DNA from: Bacteroidales bacterium
GTDB taxonomy: Bacteria; Bacteroidota; Bacteroidia; Bacteroidales; UBA5342
Reading direction: 5' to 3'
DNA length: 64,000 nt
Assembly (NCBI GenBank): GCA_965662645.1
Contig: CBFIII010000001.1
Span: forward strand, 175,750 to 239,749
A program made the translations under genes and the position numbers. This document shows, one piece after another, positions 28,626 through 37,805 of the stretch. Positions within the stretch are counted from its first letter, which is position 1. Each line of letters opens with the position of its first letter. The notes beneath the pieces were generated by a model. The model searched no databases. It was not told the DNA's origin and saw nothing but the letters and a program-made list of their open reading frames with translations.

Positions 28626-30818
28626 ATGGCAACATTAAGATTTAGTGCAATACAAGAACTTTTTTCACGTCTCCCGAAAGAAGTTGTATTACCTTCTAAT
28701 AAGGTAACCGATTATTATGCATCAAATGTCTTTACTAAAGAGACGATGCGTCAATATCTTTCTAAAGATGGATATGCAGCTGTAAAGACAGCTATGGATA
28801 CTCAAACATCTATTAGCTTAGATATTAGTGATTCTGTAGCTGAGGGTATGAAAGCTTGGGCTGTGGAAAAAGGTGCTACTCATTACACTCACTGGTTTCA
28901 GCCTTTGACTGATGGAACTGCTGAAAAACACGATGGTTTTATCGACTATAGTGAAGGTAATAGTGATAATATTATTCAAGCATTTTCTGGTAGTCTTTTA
29001 GTTCAGCAAGAGCCTGATGCTTCTTCTTTCCCTAATGGAGGTCTTCGACAGACTTTTGAGGCACGTGGATATACCGCTTGGGATGTTTCTTCTCCTTGTT
29101 TTATTGTAGGTACTACACTTTGTATTCCTACTGTATTTATTTCTTATACAGGTGAAGCTCTCGATTATAAAACACCATTGTTAAAAGCATTACAGTCTGT
29201 AAATAAGGCTGCTGTTGATGTGTGTCATTATTTTGATAAGTCTGTTTCTAAAATTACTCCTAGTTTAGGTATTGAACAAGAGTACTTTTTAGTGGATGAG
29301 GCGCTTTATATTGCTCGTCCAGACCTTATGTTAACAGGCCGTACTTTGATGGGACATTCTTCTGCAAAAGATCAGCAAATGGATGACCATTATTTTGGAT
29401 CTATTCCTACTCGTGTTTATAAATTTATGGTCGAGTTAGAATTGGAAGGCCATAAACTTGGAATTCCATTGAAAACACGTCATAATGAGGTTGCGCCTAA
29501 CCAGTTTGAGGCAGCACCTATTTATGAAGAGGTGAATCTTGCTAATGACCATAACCAGTTGTTTATGGACTTAATAAAGCGTATTGCTGCTAAGCATCAA
29601 TTCCGTGTGTTGTTGCACGAAAAACCATTTGCTGGTATTAATGGTTCTGGTAAGCATAATAACTGGTCTCTTATTACTGATACAGGTGTTAACTTATTTT
29701 CTCCTGGTAAAGGTTCAAAAGGAAATCTTCAGTTTTTGACATTCTTTATCAATACGCTTGCAACAGTATATAAGAATCAAGATTTATTACGTGCTTCTAT
29801 CCTTACAGGATCTAACAGTCATCGTTTAGGTGCTAATGAAGCACCTCCAGCTATTCTTTCTGTATTTACAGGAACTAAGGTGGCTGAGACTATTAACCGT
29901 TTGATTGAAACTGCTGGTGAAGATCTATCTACTGGAGGGAAAACGTCTCTGCAACATGGTATTGGTCGTCTTCCAGAAATTATGTTAGACAACACAGATC
30001 GTAATCGTACTTCTCCATTTGCTTTTACTGGTAATCGTTTTGAGTTCCGTGCCGTTGGTTCTAAAACAAACTCTGCTGCTCCTATGGCTGCTCTTAATGC
30101 AGCTATGGCGACTCAATTGGTTGAGTTTAAGAAAGACGTAGATGCTGCTATCAAAACTGGTGCAAAGAAGGAAGATGCTATTATTGCTACGCTTAAGAAA
30201 ATCGCTATTGATTGTAAAAAAATAATTTTCAATGGTGATGGTTATTCTGACGAGTGGGTAAAAGAAGCTGCTGTTCGTGGTTTAACTAATATTACTTCAG
30301 TTCCAGAATCTATTGAGACTTACTTAGGCGAACAATCTAAGAAAGTGATGGTATTTGGTGGAATTATGAGTGAAAAAGAGCTTGAAGCTCGTGTTGAAGT
30401 AGAATTAGAAAAATATGTAAAATTACTTCAGATTGAAGGTCGTGTATTAGCTGATCTTGCTATCAACCATATTATTCCTACAGCTGTGAAGTATTTGACT
30501 TCTCTTATTGATAACGTCAAGGGACTTAGTGATATTTTCGAAGGTGAACAGTTGGCTAAATTGTCAGCAGGTCGTAAAGATCTTATCATTGAGATTTCAA
30601 ATCATATCGATGCTATTAAAGATAAAGTTGCGGAATTACGCAAGGTGCGTGGTGAGTGTAACGAAATCGATAACGAAGCTCAAAAAGCATATGCTTATGA
30701 TAAGAAGGTGAAGCCTTATATGGAAGAAATTCGCTTTCATATTGATGAACTAGAGTTCGTTGTTGATGATGAAATCTGGCCATTACCTAAATACCGTGAA
30801 TTACTTTTTGTTCGCTAG
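28626..30818 (+). CDS. glnN: glutamine synthetase type III
   Basis: 730-aa ORF with the GSIII N-terminal domain (HYTHWFQPLT) and catalytic-domain motifs (NEVAPNQFE, HEKPFAGINGSGKHNNWS). The size and pattern match Bacteroides/cyanobacterial GSIII. Confidence 0.9.
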   Translation: MATLRFSAIQELFSRLPKEVVLPSNKVTDYYASNVFTKETMRQYLSKDGYAAVKTAMDTQTSISLDISDSVAEGMKAWAVEKGATHYTHWFQPLTDGTAEKHDGFIDYSEGNSDNIIQAFSGSLLVQQEPDASSFPNGGLRQTFEARGYTAWDVSSPCFIVGTTLCIPTVFISYTGEALDYKTPLLKALQSVNKAAVDVCHYFDKSVSKITPSLGIEQEYFLVDEALYIARPDLMLTGRTLMGHSSAKDQQMDDHYFGSIPTRVYKFMVELELEGHKLGIPLKTRHNEVAPNQFEAAPIYEEVNLANDHNQLFMDLIKRIAAKHQFRVLLHEKPFAGINGSGKHNNWSLITDTGVNLFSPGKGSKGNLQFLTFFINTLATVYKNQDLLRASILTGSNSHRLGANEAPPAILSVFTGTKVAETINRLIETAGEDLSTGGKTSLQHGIGRLPEIMLDNTDRNRTSPFAFTGNRFEFRAVGSKTNSAAPMAALNAAMATQLVEFKKDVDAAIKTGAKKEDAIIATLKKIAIDCKKIIFNGDGYSDEWVKEAAVRGLTNITSVPESIETYLGEQSKKVMVFGGIMSEKELEARVEVELEKYVKLLQIEGRVLADLAINHIIPTAVKYLTSLIDNVKGLSDIFEGEQLAKLSAGRKDLIIEISNHIDAIKDKVAELRKVRGECNEIDNEAQKAYAYDKKVKPYMEEIRFHIDELEFVVDDEIWPLPKYRELLFVR

Positions 30819-30846
30819 TCATTAGAACAAAAGTTGACTTATAATA

Positions 30847-30884
30847 ATGCGCTCTACCTTTTATGGTGGGGCGCATTTTTTTTA
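30847..30884 (+). terminator. rho-independent terminator after the GSIII gene
   Basis: ATGCGCTCTACC-TTTTAT-GGTGGGGCGCAT followed by T8. Confidence 0.7.
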
Positions 30885-31151
30885 TAGCTACTTTTGTTAT
30901 CATTTTTTTAGGACGGTATTTGTATTTAATATTAATTATATGGAAGTGTCCAAATAAGAGTATCTGGTGTCATGTTTCACTTTTATATTTATGGGTGTTG
31001 TTTATTCCTGTTTTTTCGGAAATACAATCTTAATTCTCTCATTGTGACTTTTAGATTTGGAAGTTTGTTGCGAATAATAAAATGTCTTGAGTCTAATACC
31101 CTGTTTTTTTGTGGGGGCGTCTATCTTTTTTTAACTTGATCAGTTTTATTT

Positions 31152-32054
31152 ATGAATAATAAAAAAGGAATAGCTTTTGCGGTTCTTACTGCTTTGCTTT
31201 GGGGTTTCTTAGCTATACTTATTAAAGTGGTGCTAAAAGAGGTCTCTTCGCTTACGGTAGTGTGGGTGAGGATGACCGTTGCTTTTCTTGGTGTTGCAAT
31301 TTTTTATTTAATAAAAAAGCCTTCCGCTTTTCATGTTTTCAGTCATCCTCCTCGTTTGTTGTGGCTGGCTGCTCCTGCCTTATCCATTAATTATATGGGG
31401 TATTCTTTAGGGGTGGAATTGGCAGGTCCTGCCACGGCACAGGTCGTCATACAGTTGGGAGTAGTGCTTTTGTGTTTATCGGGTTTCTTTATTTTTAAAG
31501 AGCATTTTGTTGCACGCCAGATATTTGGTTTTCTATTAGTTTTTACGGGTTTGTTCTTTTTTTATCACCAACAGTTAGTGGGGATCGATGTTGGGCGTGA
31601 TCGTTTTGTGAAAGGAGTTTCTTTTACGGTCATAGGTGCTTTGGCTTGGACTACTTATAGCATAGCTCAAAAAAAATTAGTGGTAGATTATCCTGTGCAG
31701 CAGATCAATCTTTTTCTTTATGCTTTTTCGTCTCTTGTTTATCTGCCTTTTGTAGATTTTACCGAATTTCAGGGGCTTGACTTTAATATGTACGTGCTTC
31801 TCTTTTTCTTGGGGATGAATACTCTCGTTGCTTATGGAGCTATTGGTGCCGCTCTCAAATATACCGATGCCGGTAAGGTGAGTGTTGTTATTATCCTTAA
31901 TCCTTTAATTACTTTTGGGGCACTTGGACTCATGGAGCTCTTTGGTGTCGATTGGATTGTCTTCGATCAAGTTCCCTTTTGGGCTTATGTCGGTGCGCTG
32001 ATGATGCTTGTGGGAGCCATTTGTGCTACCGTTGCACCACGAAAAAAAAGATGA
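31152..32054 (+). CDS. DMT-superfamily transporter (EamA/RhaT-like, 10 TM)
   Basis: 300 aa, two-fold repeated 5-TM pattern, typical EamA hydrophobic profile. Confidence 0.7.
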   Translation: MNNKKGIAFAVLTALLWGFLAILIKVVLKEVSSLTVVWVRMTVAFLGVAIFYLIKKPSAFHVFSHPPRLLWLAAPALSINYMGYSLGVELAGPATAQVVIQLGVVLLCLSGFFIFKEHFVARQIFGFLLVFTGLFFFYHQQLVGIDVGRDRFVKGVSFTVIGALAWTTYSIAQKKLVVDYPVQQINLFLYAFSSLVYLPFVDFTEFQGLDFNMYVLLFFLGMNTLVAYGAIGAALKYTDAGKVSVVIILNPLITFGALGLMELFGVDWIVFDQVPFWAYVGALMMLVGAICATVAPRKKR

Positions 32055-32055
32055 A

Positions 32056-32772
32056 TTATTTTAAGAAATTAGTTTCAATAAAATTGTGAAAATCATCTTT
32101 GTATTGATCACTGATTGGGATGTAAACTTTTTTGTCGAAAATGATTCTATTGCGTTCTATTGTGGTGATTTTTTTTAGATTGACAATGTAGGAGCGATGC
32201 ACACGCATAAAGGTGCTTTGGGGTAGTTGTGTTGTTATCTTACTCATACTCAGAAGTGCCATAATAGGCTTTTGATCTGTGATATGAATGCGTACGTAAT
32301 CTCGCATACCTTCAATATAAGTAATGTCCTTGAGGTTGATGCGAATGATTTTATATTCTGACTTTACAAATAAAAATTGATCGTCGGATGATGAAATTGT
32401 GCTGTCGGTGGTTTCAGAGAAAAAATGTTCTTTTGTCTTTTCTACCGTTTTGAGAAAGGAACTGAAGGCTATAGGTTTTAGTAGATAACCAGCGGCATCA
32501 ACTTCAAATCCTTCTACAGCATATTCACGATAGGCAGTGGTAAAGATTACTTTAGGTGGATTTGATAAGGCTTTTACAAAGTCCATCCCTGATAAGTCGG
32601 GCATATTAATATCTACGAACATAAGGTCTATAGTGTTCTTTTCTAGATATTCTAGCGCTTTAAGTGCACTGGTGAAACTCTCAACTTGATTGAGGTATGA
32701 AATCTTTTCTATATAGCTGTTGATTTGTTTCAGAGCTAATGGTTCGTCGTCTATGGAGATGCAGCTTATCAT
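32056..32772 (-). CDS. LytTR-family two-component response regulator
   Basis: Receiver domain (DDEPLA..., DLMFVDINMPD, TTAY) plus a C-terminal LytTR DNA-binding domain (FMRVHRSYIVN). It overlaps the upstream kinase gene by 4 nt. Confidence 0.9.
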   Translation of the reverse strand: MISCISIDDEPLALKQINSYIEKISYLNQVESFTSALKALEYLEKNTIDLMFVDINMPDLSGMDFVKALSNPPKVIFTTAYREYAVEGFEVDAAGYLLKPIAFSSFLKTVEKTKEHFFSETTDSTISSSDDQFLFVKSEYKIIRINLKDITYIEGMRDYVRIHITDQKPIMALLSMSKITTQLPQSTFMRVHRSYIVNLKKITTIERNRIIFDKKVYIPISDQYKDDFHNFIETNFLK

Positions 32773-33992
32773 AGTGGGAAATTTAGTTTGACTTCAAAAG
32801 TGGTGTTGTCTTTGTTTTCTATGTTCAGGTCATAATTCTTGCCAAAGATAAGATCGAGTCTGTGCTTTGTATTTTCTATTCCTATGCCTGAGTTTTTTTT
32901 CTTTTTTTGAAAGCTATGTATATTGTTTTTTATACTAAAATAAAATTTATTATTGGTGATGTCCATCATAATGTGAATAAACGATGGTTTTTCATAGCTA
33001 ATGCCGTATTTAAAAGCATTCTCGATAAAAGATATGGTTAACAGTGGAGGTATCTGTACTGTAGGTATAGTTTTCGGTATCTCGAATTTAATATCAATAT
33101 CGTCGGTATAGCGTAACTTCATTAGTTCTACATAGCTTTGGATAAAATCGATCTCTTGCTGTAGCGTGCTTGTTGATCGTTGAGTCTCGTAAAGCATATA
33201 GTCCATCATTTGTGACAACTTAATAATGGCTTCTTTGGCTTCTTCTTTATCTATGTCCACCAACGCATGGATGTTGTTTAGTGTATTCATAAAAAAGTGA
33301 GGGCTGACTTGATTTTGTAAAAAAGCCATCTTGTTTTTTATGTTTTCTTTTTCTGCACTTAACTGGTTTTGTTTTGATTGCATCCATTTGCCGAAAAATA
33401 ATAAACCAGAATCGAAACCGATGAGTAAAATGCCTAATATTATGATATTGGCAAATGGAGGTATGGGTTCTCGTGGTCCCATATTCATAGGGAGTTGGTT
33501 GTTGCCCTCTTTGTTTATAGGTGGTTGTAATTCTCTTTGTCTGCCTATATGTGATTGTAAATTTCCTTCTCGCCCCATAGGTGGTCGTAAATTTCCTTCT
33601 TGATTCCTCGGCGCTGGTCGTTCTTTTTCTCCGTTTATGTCTGGCCTTAAATTTCCATTTCTACCTATATGTTGTGGTTCATGCATCTGAGGTGTCATTC
33701 CATTGGGTCTGAATAAGTATAGACCAAAAGCTAGTAATACAATGATGCTTGATATGCTGATGAAATATAGTTTCCTTTTGTCTTTAAAAAAAAGATAAGG
33801 CATCAGGATGAAACGATTGATGAGAAAGAGGACCATTAAGATGAGGTATTCTTTCCATATTCTAAATATATGTTCCCAAGTAATACTTTCACTATTTTCA
33901 TTGAATAATAAGGGAATAGAGAATAATAATAACCAGACCATTAGGGGTAAAAGAAACTGTACTCGTTCTATTTTGTTTTTGAATAGTTTCAT
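32769..33992 (-). CDS. LytS/YehU-type sensor histidine kinase (His_kinase PF06580-like + HATPase) with a low-complexity loop
   Basis: 4 TM helices, LQNQVSPHFFMNTLNNI (phospho-acceptor region) and a C-terminal ATPase (GIGIENTKHRL). A Pro/Arg/Gly/Asn-rich repeat lies between TM3 and TM4. Confidence 0.85.
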   Translation of the reverse strand: MKLFKNKIERVQFLLPLMVWLLLFSIPLLFNENSESITWEHIFRIWKEYLILMVLFLINRFILMPYLFFKDKRKLYFISISSIIVLLAFGLYLFRPNGMTPQMHEPQHIGRNGNLRPDINGEKERPAPRNQEGNLRPPMGREGNLQSHIGRQRELQPPINKEGNNQLPMNMGPREPIPPFANIIILGILLIGFDSGLLFFGKWMQSKQNQLSAEKENIKNKMAFLQNQVSPHFFMNTLNNIHALVDIDKEEAKEAIIKLSQMMDYMLYETQRSTSTLQQEIDFIQSYVELMKLRYTDDIDIKFEIPKTIPTVQIPPLLTISFIENAFKYGISYEKPSFIHIMMDITNNKFYFSIKNNIHSFQKKKKNSGIGIENTKHRLDLIFGKNYDLNIENKDNTTFEVKLNFPL

Positions 33993-34369
33993 GGTGATGA
34001 TTTTGAAGGTTTAAAGATACTATTTTTGATCGCATTTTGGCTTGTTACAATTGCTTATCTTAATGTGTATTTTTTGAAATAATTTTTTGTCGTTGCTTTT
34101 GTTATTGTTGCAACTATTAAATATTATCTCTTTTCAATTGTCAATTTTTTATTTTACGAAAGTAGTGTTGTGTTAGAGAAGGGGATAATTTAATAGACAG
34201 AAATGCTTTTTTTATCGACAATCTCGTGTTTTTTTATTTTTATCGTTTTCTTTAAAGTATAAAGAGGTGTGTTTTCTTGTGTCATTTCTTACCTTTGTGG
34301 CCAACTAAATAGTTTGTTTTTTTGACATCTCATCTGAGAGGTGTTTTCTTAATATTCCAAAATTTTTTT

Positions 34370-35077
34370 ATGAAAGCAATGATTTTTGCAGCGGGGCTTG
34401 GTACTCGTTTGCGTCCCCTGACTGATGATCGTCCCAAAGCCTTAGTGATGTTTAAGGGTAAAACTCTTTTGGAGCATACTATTGAAAAATTGAAGACTGC
34501 AGGTGTTGATCATGTTGTGATCAATGTGCATCATTTTGCGGATAAAGTTATTGATTTCCTTAATTCTAAAGATTTCGGGGTTAAAATATCTATTTCTGAT
34601 GAAAGAAATGAGTTATTGGATACTGGAGGCGGATTGCGTAAGGCTGCTGCTTTATTGGGGGATGAACCTTTTTTTATTCATAACGTGGATATTCTTTCAG
34701 CCATTAATTTGAGTGATATGTGGCTTGCACATCGCAACAGTGGTGCTATAGCTACGGTTGGAGTCAGAAAGACGGAGAGTGATCGTTATTTTATGCAAAA
34801 CAAAGACAATCAGCTTTGTGGATGGGGTAACAAAACTACGGGAGAGCAGATTATATCGCGTCAGTCTGATACTTTGGAGGAGATTTCTTTTACTGGAATT
34901 CATATTGTTAGTCCGCGTTTCTTGACTTATATTCGTCCTCAAGGAGCTGTTTCTATTATTGATGCTTATTTGCAGGCGGCTAAGGTGGAGCATATTTCTT
35001 GTTTCTCTTGTGATAACAAACGTTGGTTGGATGTGGGCACTCCTAAAAGCCTTAAAGAAGCTGAAGCTTTTTTTTAG
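34370..35077 (+). CDS. sugar-phosphate nucleotidyltransferase (MurU/mannose-1-P guanylyltransferase-like)
   Basis: MIFAAGLGTRLRPLTDDRPKALV, the canonical NTP_transferase G-rich loop. I chose the ATG at 34370; the ORF-track TTG start at 34322 is less likely. Confidence 0.75.
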   Translation: MKAMIFAAGLGTRLRPLTDDRPKALVMFKGKTLLEHTIEKLKTAGVDHVVINVHHFADKVIDFLNSKDFGVKISISDERNELLDTGGGLRKAAALLGDEPFFIHNVDILSAINLSDMWLAHRNSGAIATVGVRKTESDRYFMQNKDNQLCGWGNKTTGEQIISRQSDTLEEISFTGIHIVSPRFLTYIRPQGAVSIIDAYLQAAKVEHISCFSCDNKRWLDVGTPKSLKEAEAFF

Positions 35078-35217
35078 CTTTGTAATGTCGCGATATTTTT
35101 CACTTGAGAGTTATATTTATTCCATTGTGATTTATATCACTCGCTTTATTATTACATTTTTTTATTTTGTGAATTTTAAATTTCAATTTGTATATTGAAT
35201 ATGAAATATTATTAATT

Positions 35218-35961
35218 ATGGATACTTTAGACATTTTATTAGTGATAGGAGTCGGCTTAGTAGCTGGCTTTTTTAATGTGGTAGCGGCTGGGGGCTCGCT
35301 CATCACCATTCCTTTCTTAATATTTTTGGGGTTACCTCCTACTGTAGCTAATGGCTCTAATCGCGTAGCCGTTTTAGCGCAAAATATGATGGCGACAACG
35401 CGTTATCAAAAGAAAAAACTGATTCCATTTCCTTTTTCCATCTATCCCGCTATTTCGGCAACAATAGGGGCGTTTGTAGGAGCTTTATTTGTGTTTAATA
35501 TAGATGAGCATTTGTTTCAGCGCATATTGGCCGTTGTGATGGCGGTGTTTGCTTTTACTCTTTTAGTGAGTCCTTCCTACAAAGAAGCAGAGCCTCGTAT
35601 TACTGGAAAGTATAAATGGTTAACGACTATTGGTTTTTTCTTCGTTGGAATTTATGGTGGTTTTTTACACGCGGGTAGTGGTGTGCTTATGTTATTATTG
35701 CTTACAGGGGTGAGCCGTTTTTCGTTAACCAATGCGAATGCTATTAAAATCTTTGTATCGCTTATTTATATCCTTTTATCTTTTGGTATTTATTTGTATA
35801 ATGATGCTGTTGATTGGCGTTATGGTTTAATTTTAGCTGTTGGTAATACGGTAGGTGGCTGGGTAGGCACGCAGGTTGTGATACAAAAAGGAGACAAATG
35901 GATCAAAGTTATTCTTATTACTGTGGTGGTGGGGATGAGTATTAAGTTGTGGTTCTTTTGA
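35218..35961 (+). CDS. TauE/SafE-family anion exporter (sulfite exporter-like membrane protein)
   Basis: About 8 TM helices with GxxAGxxxGxxGxGGG-type patterns (VAAGGSLITIPFL) in a two-fold repeat. Confidence 0.7.
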   Translation: MDTLDILLVIGVGLVAGFFNVVAAGGSLITIPFLIFLGLPPTVANGSNRVAVLAQNMMATTRYQKKKLIPFPFSIYPAISATIGAFVGALFVFNIDEHLFQRILAVVMAVFAFTLLVSPSYKEAEPRITGKYKWLTTIGFFFVGIYGGFLHAGSGVLMLLLLTGVSRFSLTNANAIKIFVSLIYILLSFGIYLYNDAVDWRYGLILAVGNTVGGWVGTQVVIQKGDKWIKVILITVVVGMSIKLWFF

Positions 35962-35982
35962 ATATAATTGTCTATTATATAG

Positions 35983-36022
35983 AAAAAGCGGAAACATATA
36001 TGATTATGTTTCCGCTTTTTTT
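35983..36022 (+). terminator. rho-independent terminator after the TauE-like gene
   Basis: AGCGGAAACAT...ATGTTTCCGCT stem followed by T7. Confidence 0.75.
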
Positions 36023-36133
36023 GTAATAATTGAATAGGCCTATTCTGAACAGATCCTAAGACTTTTCTTTGCAACTTTATCAGAATGATACATCACAAAA
36101 AAGTTTTGTCTAGTTATGGCATGAAGCCCTATT

Positions 36134-36574
36134 TTATAAAATAGCAATTTCTGCTTTTGCTTTTGGTTTAGTTTCTTCTTTTTTAGGAATAGCTATTTCC
36201 AAAATGCCATTTTCGTAATGTGCTTTAATGCCATCGCTGTTTACTGTTTTAGGCAAGATAAATGAACGACTAAATGATTGATAATAAAATTCCTGTCTGT
36301 TGAAGTTTTCGTTTTTTTCTTCCTTTTTTTCTTCTTTTTCAGAAGAAATAGTTAAGGTGTCGTTATTAACTTCCAGTTTCAAATCTTCTTTCTTTAAACC
36401 CGGAGTTGCAACTTCTAAAATAAAGCTTCCTTCGTCTTCTTTTATGTTGACTGCGGGAATAGATTTTTCTGGTTTTGATGTTAGACTGTTATTGAACATG
36501 TCGTTAAATAAATCCTCGTTATAAAAACGATTATAACGTGATGGATAGCTGTTTGAAAAATTAATTAGTGACAT
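36134..36574 (-). CDS. Hsp20/alpha-crystallin small heat-shock protein
   Basis: PAVNIKE...F.LEVA.PG..KED..L....D.L.IS.E......F.R.F.LP......I.A.YENGIL.I.IPK pattern. Confidence 0.9.
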   Translation of the reverse strand: MSLINFSNSYPSRYNRFYNEDLFNDMFNNSLTSKPEKSIPAVNIKEDEGSFILEVATPGLKKEDLKLEVNNDTLTISSEKEEKKEEKNENFNRQEFYYQSFSRSFILPKTVNSDGIKAHYENGILEIAIPKKEETKPKAKAEIAIL

Positions 36575-36688
36575 AATGTTTGAATTTAAAAAGTTAATAA
36601 TTAAATTTTGTTTACACTTGTCTTTATTTCAAAAACTCTACCAAATATGAAACGCTGACACAATGGCGCTTTCCTTTATTTTTGTCTG

Positions 36689-36763
36689 TCATTGTGGCTT
36701 GCGCCCGCTGCCGCTTGCTCCTCGTTTGCACTTTGACGAGGCTCAGCGACCACAATGAGGGGG
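36689..36763 (+). repeat. REP-like GC-rich palindromic unit. Outer stem TCATTGTGG/CCACAATGA, inner hairpin CCTCGT..ACGAGG, core GCACTTTGACGAGGCTCAGCGACCAC.
   Basis: Read directly from the sequence. The core is related to four further copies at 37110-37135, 41288-41314, 41330-41355 and 41439-41464, all in the same orientation. Confidence 0.75.
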
Positions 36764-37089
36764 TTGTTGCTAAGGCATTTATTCACAATAAATGTATTTT
36801 ATAGGACTTCATGATTTTTAATTGCAATGTCCTAGTAAAATATTCCCCGTTTGGCGCTAGGTGTGCTGAGAGAAAAGATTTACCTTGTCCTCAGTGATTT
36901 GCACGCACAGGTTGGAGGGGATTGTATTCCCGACTTTGTTGAAAATTAGGATTTTTAATCCGATTAAATAAAATACAGGCATACATAGTCGGATTAAAAA
37001 CCCTGATGCTTATAAAAGGTTGGATTGCAAATCTAACCAACGAAGCACGGTGCATATCTGGGAGGACGGGGATTCTTTTTTGATTTTCC

Positions 37090-37182
37090 ATTAGAGATAC
37101 AAGGTAGCAGCACTTTCGACAAGCTCTGTGACCATCTTGTTATTAGCAAAGACGTAGCGAAAGGACGCTACGCCGAACGGGG
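37090..37182 (+). repeat. ~93-nt composite REP-like repeat, copy A (upstream of the adhesin gene)
   Basis: Aligns by eye over its full length, at roughly 85% identity, with 41417-41510. It contains the core GCACTTTCGACAAGCTCTGTGACCAT and the hairpin GTAGCG-AAAGGA-CGCTAC. Confidence 0.8.
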
Positions 37183-37424
37183 GTATGGTCGTAATCTAAA
37201 ATATTTTCTTCTGCCTCGTAATGACTTAATCGCTTATAGATAGTTATATTCAATCTGTTAATGTCTGTGTTAATGTGGAACTCGTGTTTTGAATTTCCTT
37301 TTTCTCATTTGAAAAATAACTAGGTTCTACAGCAAGAGACTTTATCCGTTCCAGAACTCTATCTGGTCTTGGAATCTTTATGAATGGATTTTATATGGCT
37401 ACACCAAAATTGGAGAAATTACAC

Positions 37425-37466
37425 AAGTCCGCAAATTTTTTCCATCAATTATTTGCGGACTTTTTC
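37425..37466 (+). terminator. orphan terminator-like hairpin in the non-coding gap
   Basis: AAGTCCGCAAAT, 14-nt loop, ATTTGCGGACTT followed by TTTT. No annotated plus-strand gene lies upstream of it. Confidence 0.4.
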
Positions 37467-37729
37467 TGTCCTATCCTGCGGATATTAGGGATAAACGAGG
37501 GGCAGACGGAATTCATAGAGTCAATTGCATATGTCTAATTCATGATGTTGTAACACTGAAGCATTTTTTTTGTCTCTTTTAAAGTTTGTTCTTTATATGC
37601 CAATTGATATACTCACATATTGCTACCTTGTATTTGTGCTTTTTGATATAAAATTTATATTTTTTGATAATATTTATGGGCTTTTGTCTAAAAATATGAT
37701 AAAAATTCGTTATGTGTGTACTTCTTTTT

Positions 37730-37737
37730 TAGATTTG
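37730..37737 (+). promoter_or_regulatory. candidate -7 box (TAGATTTG) for the adhesin gene
   Basis: Matches TAnnTTTG 68 nt upstream of the ATG at 37806. Confidence 0.35.
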
Positions 37738-37805
37738 TAGTCTAATCTATTAAAGAACAGATGTGTTTAACTATACATTTGTGGAACAAACTAAAAAAAA
37801 TTACT

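Noticed and set aside
36858-36895. TPP-riboswitch-like string (GGTGTGCTGAGAG...CCTCAG)
   Set aside because: Only the CTGAGA-like box is present. The ACCTGATCTGGATAATGCCAGCG half of the THI element is absent, and no thiamine gene lies downstream. It sits inside the REP-rich gap and is more likely a chance hairpin.
36891-37091. 66-aa minus-strand ORF between hsp20 and the adhesin gene
   Set aside because: It runs across hairpin repeats (GGATTTTTAATCC, GGTTGGATTGCAAATCTAACC) and has no family signature. It is probably an artefact of repeat DNA.
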